From contig JAIESQ010000011.1 of assembly GCA_019745975.1 (NCBI GenBank), positions 8,433-72,432 of the forward strand: a DNA stretch of 64,000 bases. Direction: 5' to 3'. This document shows, piece after piece, positions 58,329 through 64,000 of this stretch. The notes beneath the pieces are model-generated. The model saw nothing but the letters and a program-made list of their open reading frames with translations. It was not told where the DNA came from and did not search any database. The DNA comes from Pirellulales bacterium. GTDB taxonomy: Bacteria; Planctomycetota; Planctomycetia; Pirellulales; JAEUIK01. The translations under genes were made by a program, and so were the position numbers. Positions within the stretch are counted from its first letter, which is position 1, and each line of letters starts with the position of its first letter.

Positions 58329-59390
58329 TCAAGGAGTCGTGGCGTCGTTCGGATTAACGACCTTGAACTCCGAGCTATCGACTCCCTTACGCTCCGCTCG
58401 CGTGATCAGATACCTGAGCGCCGTGGCGTCGATCGTTTCGGGCAAGAAGCGCACGCTGCCATCACAAAACAGAGCGCATGCGCCCCCCGGATGAAAACTG
58501 AAAATCTCGTCGTTGGGTCCGCAATTGTTCGTGGTCCAGGGACAATCCGCCGGCCCATTGTTTGGCGTGCTGTTGTTGTTGATCACGCTCTTGAGGTTTC
58601 CGGTGGCAGCATTGGGAGGTCCCGAGACCCCGTTGCCGTTATCCGGCTCCGCCCAGCGGTTAATGGCTCGATTTCCGCTGGGAGTTGGTTCGTCGGCGCT
58701 GTTACCCGCCGCGATCACGGGATCAGGGTAGCCGGAAATGGTGTGCGGCTCCTCCGTTTCGTAGTTGCGTCCCGAGTCCTCCGAGATCGCGATCGTGTGA
58801 CTCGTGCCATCCACAATGTCCGCCATACGGACGCCAACGTAACCGGTTGGCGAGCTCGACTTCACCCGCAGACAAAGTGCGCCGTCGGCCCGGGTGGGGC
58901 GGTTTCTGATCCTCGTCGTCGGGTCGATATCGGTATAGACAGTGGGCATGTAGTCGGTCGAGCCATAGCCTTGAGGATCGGGGGAATACAGGCCATTGCT
59001 AGGGCAGAGGAACGCGGGAATTCTTGTGCGTGCCGCGAGCTGATTAGCCGGAAAGCGTTTGTCGTTGTACGCATATTGCAGGTTCATCATTTGAGCGACC
59101 TGACCCTGCTCCAGGAACCGCAGGATTTGCGTAAAAGTCGAATGGAGATCGAAGGTGGTCGTCTTCGTCTTCCAGTCGGTTCCCTCGCCGCCCGTGGGGA
59201 AGGTGCCATAAACCGACTCGTGGTTGTGGAGCCCCAGGCCCAGTTGTTTCAGGTTGTTCATGCACTGGGTCTTGCGGCCGGCCTCGCGGGCGGCTTGCAC
59301 GGCCGGCAATAACAGGGCAATCAGCACTCCGATGATCGCGATCACCACCAGCAGTTCAACCAGAGTAAAGCCACGATTTGACTTGGCCAT
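58329..59390 (-). CDS. Prepilin-type N-methylation / DUF1559 protein
   Basis: RG|[34 protein letters not shown]...DGSV; GAGGAG RBS. Confidence 0.95.
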   Translation of the reverse strand: MAKSNRGFTLVELLVVIAIIGVLIALLLPAVQAAREAGRKTQCMNNLKQLGLGLHNHESVYGTFPTGGEGTDWKTKTTTFDLHSTFTQILRFLEQGQVAQMMNLQYAYNDKRFPANQLAARTRIPAFLCPSNGLYSPDPQGYGSTDYMPTVYTDIDPTTRIRNRPTRADGALCLRVKSSSPTGYVGVRMADIVDGTSHTIAISEDSGRNYETEEPHTISGYPDPVIAAGNSADEPTPSGNRAINRWAEPDNGNGVSGPPNAATGNLKSVINNNSTPNNGPADCPWTTNNCGPNDEIFSFHPGGACALFCDGSVRFLPETIDATALRYLITRAERKGVDSSEFKVVNPNDATTP

Positions 59391-59736
59391 TGTCACACTC
59401 CTCATGAGTAGGTCCCCCACATCCTGAGCGAAGTTCCGCAGCTACCCGGCACGCGAGCAGCCACGCCGGGCGAATGTCGGAAGAAGGACTCGCGCGGCGA
59501 GGGCTGATTTCGTGCTAGCTAGCCCCGAGAGAAAAGCTAGCTATTTACATGAAGATCAGATGGGGCTCGTGTTCAGATCGAGTGACAATTGGGGGAAGAT
59601 TGCAGTGAGACCTGGGCTGGCGCGAGGCGGTGAAGCGCCAAGAACACATAGCGGACCCTGACCCCCGGCGCGAGTCCACGACTGGGCCCGACGCGCGACG
59701 ACGATAGGCTGCGACGTGGGGGACAGAAGTAGCGGC

Positions 59737-60285
59737 ATGCGAATCGGACTGCGTCGCCATTTTCCCATCGACGAGCGCCCGAGCGGCTGGAGGACCGCGG
59801 CCGAACTGGTCGCCTGGCGTGACAGTTACGATCAGGCCGGGGCGATCGTTGGTGCAGCCGATTTGGGCTCCGGCGGCTGGCAAGCATGTCTGTCGAGCGA
59901 CTTGCCGCGCACCTTGATCACGGCCCAAACCGTGTTCTCCGGGCCGATCGAGGCGACGCCGCTGCTGCGCGAGGCCCAGTTCACCCCCTTCGGCACCGGC
60001 GGGCTCCGGTTGCCGGTCTGGGCATGGCAGTTAGTGCTGCGCGGAGCTTGGATGACCGGGCATCGCTCGCAGCGGGCGTGCCGCGACAATTTTCGCGAGC
60101 GGGTGCTGACGGTTGTCGAGCGGCTATGCGGGCAAGAGGTCGACACCCTGGTCGTCTCGCACGCCGGCATGATGGCCTACTTGAGCGCGGAGCTGCGCCG
60201 CCGAGGGTTTGTGGGCCCGAGGTTGCGGATCGCCCGACACGCGACTGTGTATGCGTATGAGAACAGGCCAGAAGGTAGAGGTTAG
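59737..60285 (+). CDS. Histidine phosphatase family protein
   Basis: N-terminal RRH, SSDLPR, LRE, VVSHAG. Confidence 0.7.
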   Translation: MRIGLRRHFPIDERPSGWRTAAELVAWRDSYDQAGAIVGAADLGSGGWQACLSSDLPRTLITAQTVFSGPIEATPLLREAQFTPFGTGGLRLPVWAWQLVLRGAWMTGHRSQRACRDNFRERVLTVVERLCGQEVDTLVVSHAGMMAYLSAELRRRGFVGPRLRIARHATVYAYENRPEGRG

Positions 60286-60410
60286 AGGCCAGAGGCTAGA
60301 TGACGCCGGGGGCGGTCTCCGGTGGGCATCCGTCACATCGCCGAATGGGCGCCGTGCAGGGAGGCCGGCCAGTTTTGACCGTGGCGATACCTCAAAGCTA
60401 AGATAACCGC

Positions 60411-60677
60411 ATGAGCACCATCGACGACTCGCAAAGCGCCTTTCATCGGGGGACCGCGCCCCTATTCGCGCTGCTTTCGGCCGAGCAGACGCGGCAGCTC
60501 GCCGAGTTGCAGGGTGACCCCGCGTTGGCCGATCGTCTGGCGGAGTTGGCCGAAAAAGCCACCGAAGGGGAGCTGTCCGAAACCGATCGCGCCGAGTACG
60601 AAGCCTATATCGAGGCCAATAATCTGCTCACGGTGCTGCAAGCTGAGGCGAGATTTCGCCTGACGCAAGGCGGATAA
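60411..60677 (+). CDS. Small acidic helical protein, putative partner/antitoxin of the HNH nuclease
   Basis: 88 aa; RL.EL.EK..EG.LS..DRAEY...LQAEAR; TAATG overlap with the next gene. Confidence 0.75.
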   Translation: MSTIDDSQSAFHRGTAPLFALLSAEQTRQLAELQGDPALADRLAELAEKATEGELSETDRAEYEAYIEANNLLTVLQAEARFRLTQGG

Positions 60678-61081
60678 TGTCGCTCGACCGGGCCACCCGC
60701 CGCCAGGTGCGCCAGCGAGCAGCGGATCAGTGCGAGTATTGTCAGCGACGGCAGAGCGATTCGCTGCTCATTCCTTTGCAAGTCGAACACGTTTTGCCGC
60801 GCAAGCACGGCGGTGGCGATGAAATCGACAATCTGGCCTTGGCGTGCGCGGAGTGCAACTTGCACAAGGGAAGCGACCTGTCAGGGATCGATCCCGAATC
60901 AAGTGAGGTCACTCGCCTGTTCGATCCGCGACAAGACAACTGGAACGAGCATTTCAATTGGCACGGCTTGAGAATCGTGGGGTTGACGGCGATCGGTCGC
61001 ACGACAGTTCGCGTCTTGCAGATGAACGCGACGGCACGACTCAAGGTTCGCTTGGTGACGCGCCGCTCAAAACCGGATTAG
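60677..61081 (+). CDS. HNH endonuclease
   Basis: CEYC...VEHV.P...GG.D..DNLALAC.ECNLHK; LF.PR...W.EHF; GRTT. Confidence 0.92.
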   Translation: MSLDRATRRQVRQRAADQCEYCQRRQSDSLLIPLQVEHVLPRKHGGGDEIDNLALACAECNLHKGSDLSGIDPESSEVTRLFDPRQDNWNEHFNWHGLRIVGLTAIGRTTVRVLQMNATARLKVRLVTRRSKPD

Positions 61082-64000
61082 CTTCGGCACCGAGTCGGTC
61101 GCGTGGCTGGTTGGGCCCGCGGCGCGATGGCGGCGGCCTCCGTCCCAGCGATCATCCTCGGCTTCGCCAGGTCACCGACGAAGTAGTAGATCACCGGGAA
61201 CAGAAACAGTTCCATCAGAGCGCTGGCGATCACGCCGCCGATGACCACGGCCGCCAGCGGACGCTGCACTTCGGCTCCCACGCCCGTGCTGATCGCCATG
61301 GGCGAGAAGCCGACGACGGCCACCAGCGTGGTCATGATGACGGTGCGCAGCCGGACCATGGCAACTGACGGCACCGCTTCCTTCGTGGTGCGGCCCGCGG
61401 CCTGCTCCTGCCGGAATGCGGTCACAAAAACCATCTTGTTGAGCACCGACACGCCCGAGAGGGTGATGAACCCGACGGCGGCGGAGATCGAGAACGGCAT
61501 CCCTTGTGTCCAGAGGGTGAAGATGCCGCCGGCCCAGGCGAACGGCACGCTGAGGAACAGACAAATCGTGTCGACGGCGTTGCGATACGACAGAAAGAGC
61601 AGCGCCACGATCAACCCCAGAGCGATCGGCACGACGACGCCCAAGCGCACTTTGGCGCGCTGCAGGTTTTCGAACTGGCCGCCCCATTCAAGGCGGAACT
61701 TATCCGCGGGCAATTTGATTTGAGCGGCGATCTTCTGCTGCGCCTCGGCGACGAAGCTCCCCACGTCGCGGCCGCGGACATTGCACTGCACAATGATCCG
61801 GCGCTGCATCGTTTCGCGCGAGATCAGGCGCGGGCCTTCGACGACGTTGATCGTCGCCAAGCGCGAGAGGGGAATCCGCTCGCCGCTGGGCGTCGCCACC
61901 ATGATCGAGCCGATCGACTGCGGGTCGCGGCGATACTCCTCGGGCAGGCGAATCGCCAGCGGGAAACGCAACTGCCCTTCGATGATCGTGCCCAGTGGCT
62001 TGGTGCCGACCGATTCGACCAGATCAAGCACGCGCTGCCGGGGAACACCGTAGCGGGCGACCGCGTCGGGATCGATGCGCACCTGCAGGATCGGCTGACC
62101 GGCGATCTTCTCGGTTTGCAGATCGGCGCAGCCGGGAACGGTGCGGAGCAGCTTTTCGAGCTCGGCGGCCTTGGTGAGCATGTCGTCGAATTCGTGAGCG
62201 AAGAGCTTGAGCGCGATATCGCTGCGCACGCCCGAGACCATCTCGTTTAAGCGCTGCTCGATCGGCTGCGTAAACCAGATGATCTGGCCGGGGATGCCGA
62301 TCAGCTCTTTTTCCATCAGCCCGACGAGCTCGGTCTGGGTCTTGGCTTTCTTCCAAGTGCTGCGGGGCGTGAGCATCACGAAATGGTCGGTGAGCTCGAC
62401 ACCGGCGGCGTCGGTGGGCACTTCGGGCGAGCCGGTGCGACTCCAGGTGTCGCGGACTTCGTCGGGGAACTTTTCGCGGATGATCCGTTCCATAATCGTG
62501 TTCAGGCGAATCGATTCGTCGAGGTCGGTCCCCGGCATGCGGGCGCTGCCGACGACGATGGCCCCTTCGCTCAAGCGCGGCACGAACTCCGAACCGGTGT
62601 GCGCGAACAGCCAGCCGGCGTAGCCGACAAAGGCCAGGCTGGCGGCCACGACCGCATAGCGCTGCTTGAGGCAGAACCGCAGCGCTGGTCCGTAGAGCCA
62701 CTGCGCGGCGCGCACCAACCGCGGGTCGCGCTCTTCCAACTGCTTGGGCAGAAACAGGCTCGCCAGCACCGGGATGAGCGTTAGCGCTGCCAGCAGCGAA
62801 CCGACCAAGAGCAGAATGACCGTGAGCGCCATCGGCCGGAACATCTTGCCTTCGATCCCTTGCAGCGAGAGGATCGGCAAGTAAACGATCATGATGATGA
62901 TCTGCCCGAACATGGCGGGCTGGCGGACCTCGATGGCGGCGTTGCGCACCACGTCGAGCCGCGGCAGCGCGTGGCCCTGACCGTCGCCGGCGTGCGCGCC
63001 GTGGGCCCCTTGGCTGCCGTGCGCAATATGCCGGACGATGTTCTCCATGACGATCACCGAGCTGTCGACGACGATGCCGAAGTCGATCGCCCCCAGGCTC
63101 AACAGCGAACCGGCGATGGCCAACTGCCACATGCCGGAAAAGGCCATCATCATCGACAGCGGAATGGCCGCCGCCACGATCAAGCCCGCGCGCAAATTGC
63201 CCAAGAAGATGTAGACGATGATGATCACCAGGATGGCGCCGTCGAGCAGATTGCTGCGCACCGTCTGGATCACCTGGTCGACCAGCTCAGTGCGGTTATA
63301 GACAGTCTTGACGGCGACGTGTTCGGGGAGCGTTTTCTTGACGTCGGTGAGTTTGTCGTTGAGCCGCTTGGTGAACGTGTAGCTGTTTTCTCCCATCCGC
63401 ATGAAGCCGAGGCCGAGGACGGCTTCGCCCTGCCCCTGGGCGGTGACGATGCCGCGGCGAATCTCGTGGCCGATTGAGACGTCGGCGACGTCGCGCACAT
63501 AGATCGGCACCCCGTCGTGGGCGGCGATGACGATGGTTTCGATCTCGCGCGTGTTCACCGTGCGGCCAATGCCGTGCACCAGCAGCATATCGCCGGTGTC
63601 GTTGCGATTGATGTTGCCGCCGCCGACGTTGAGGTTGTTGGCCTCGACGGCCTCGACCACCTCCTCGAACGTCACGTCGTGACGGATCATCCGCGTGGGG
63701 TCGAGGCGAATCTGATACTGCTTTTCGTAGCCCCCCCAGGAGTTGACTTCGGCGGTGCCATCGACGGGACGCAGCGCCGGCTTGATCGTCCAGTCGTGCA
63801 AGGTGCGCAGCTCGGTGAGCGCTTCGTCGCTTTGATCGTCGTCGCGCCGCGTGACCAGGTAGTGCAGTACCTCGCCCAAGCCGGTCGACACAGGGCCCAT
63901 TTCGGGCTTGTCGATCCCCTCGGGCAGCTTGAGGGCGTTGAGCCGCTCGTTGATCAACTGCCGGGCAAAGTAGATGTCGGTGCCGTCTTTGAAGGTGAGC
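61078..64000 (-). CDS. czcA: CzcA/CusA heavy-metal efflux RND permease (5' end outside window)
   Basis: GAIDFGIVVD, EGKMFRPMA, GAEVQRPLA, WGGQFEN. Confidence 0.93.
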   Translation of the reverse strand, partial: LTFKDGTDIYFARQLINERLNALKLPEGIDKPEMGPVSTGLGEVLHYLVTRRDDDQSDEALTELRTLHDWTIKPALRPVDGTAEVNSWGGYEKQYQIRLDPTRMIRHDVTFEEVVEAVEANNLNVGGGNINRNDTGDMLLVHGIGRTVNTREIETIVIAAHDGVPIYVRDVADVSIGHEIRRGIVTAQGQGEAVLGLGFMRMGENSYTFTKRLNDKLTDVKKTLPEHVAVKTVYNRTELVDQVIQTVRSNLLDGAILVIIIVYIFLGNLRAGLIVAAAIPLSMMMAFSGMWQLAIAGSLLSLGAIDFGIVVDSSVIVMENIVRHIAHGSQGAHGAHAGDGQGHALPRLDVVRNAAIEVRQPAMFGQIIIMIVYLPILSLQGIEGKMFRPMALTVILLLVGSLLAALTLIPVLASLFLPKQLEERDPRLVRAAQWLYGPALRFCLKQRYAVVAASLAFVGYAGWLFAHTGSEFVPRLSEGAIVVGSARMPGTDLDESIRLNTIMERIIREKFPDEVRDTWSRTGSPEVPTDAAGVELTDHFVMLTPRSTWKKAKTQTELVGLMEKELIGIPGQIIWFTQPIEQRLNEMVSGVRSDIALKLFAHEFDDMLTKAAELEKLLRTVPGCADLQTEKIAGQPILQVRIDPDAVARYGVPRQRVLDLVESVGTKPLGTIIEGQLRFPLAIRLPEEYRRDPQSIGSIMVATPSGERIPLSRLATINVVEGPRLISRETMQRRIIVQCNVRGRDVGSFVAEAQQKIAAQIKLPADKFRLEWGGQFENLQRAKVRLGVVVPIALGLIVALLFLSYRNAVDTICLFLSVPFAWAGGIFTLWTQGMPFSISAAVGFITLSGVSVLNKMVFVTAFRQEQAAGRTTKEAVPSVAMVRLRTVIMTTLVAVVGFSPMAISTGVGAEVQRPLAAVVIGGVIASALMELFLFPVIYYFVGDLAKPRMIAGTEAAAIAPRAQPATRPTRCRS

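Overview
GC-rich bacterial chromosome segment, almost certainly from a planctomycete (Pirellulales-like). The evidence is the DUF1549/DUF1553 and DUF1501 genes, two DUF1559 proteins, DUF1598, a PVC-type heme protein and a PEP-CTERM protein. It holds about 50 CDS. Housekeeping and RNA-modification genes: nth, dcd, rlmI-like, sua5/tsaC, trmH-like, queC, glgC, asnB, hisN. Transporters: MMPL, ABC-2, a Mn/Zn TroABCD-type system whose permeases carry DtxR-like tails, and a partial CzcA. There are also several toxin-antitoxin-type modules. No rRNA, tRNA, transposase or true CRISPR array was found. The most notable signals are: (1) a dense set of palindromic REP/REPIN-like repeats, including a three-layer nested element with a 191-bp IS4-like MITE (17-bp IRs, 9-bp TSD), REP pairs bracketing whole genes, and REPs inserted in-frame in coding sequence; (2) an FGGY kinase plus sphingosine-1-phosphate-lyase-like operon; (3) a translationally coupled small helical protein plus HNH nuclease module; (4) a membrane 'sulfatase' with Thr in place of the formylglycine precursor. 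All family assignments come from motif recognition by eye, not database searches.
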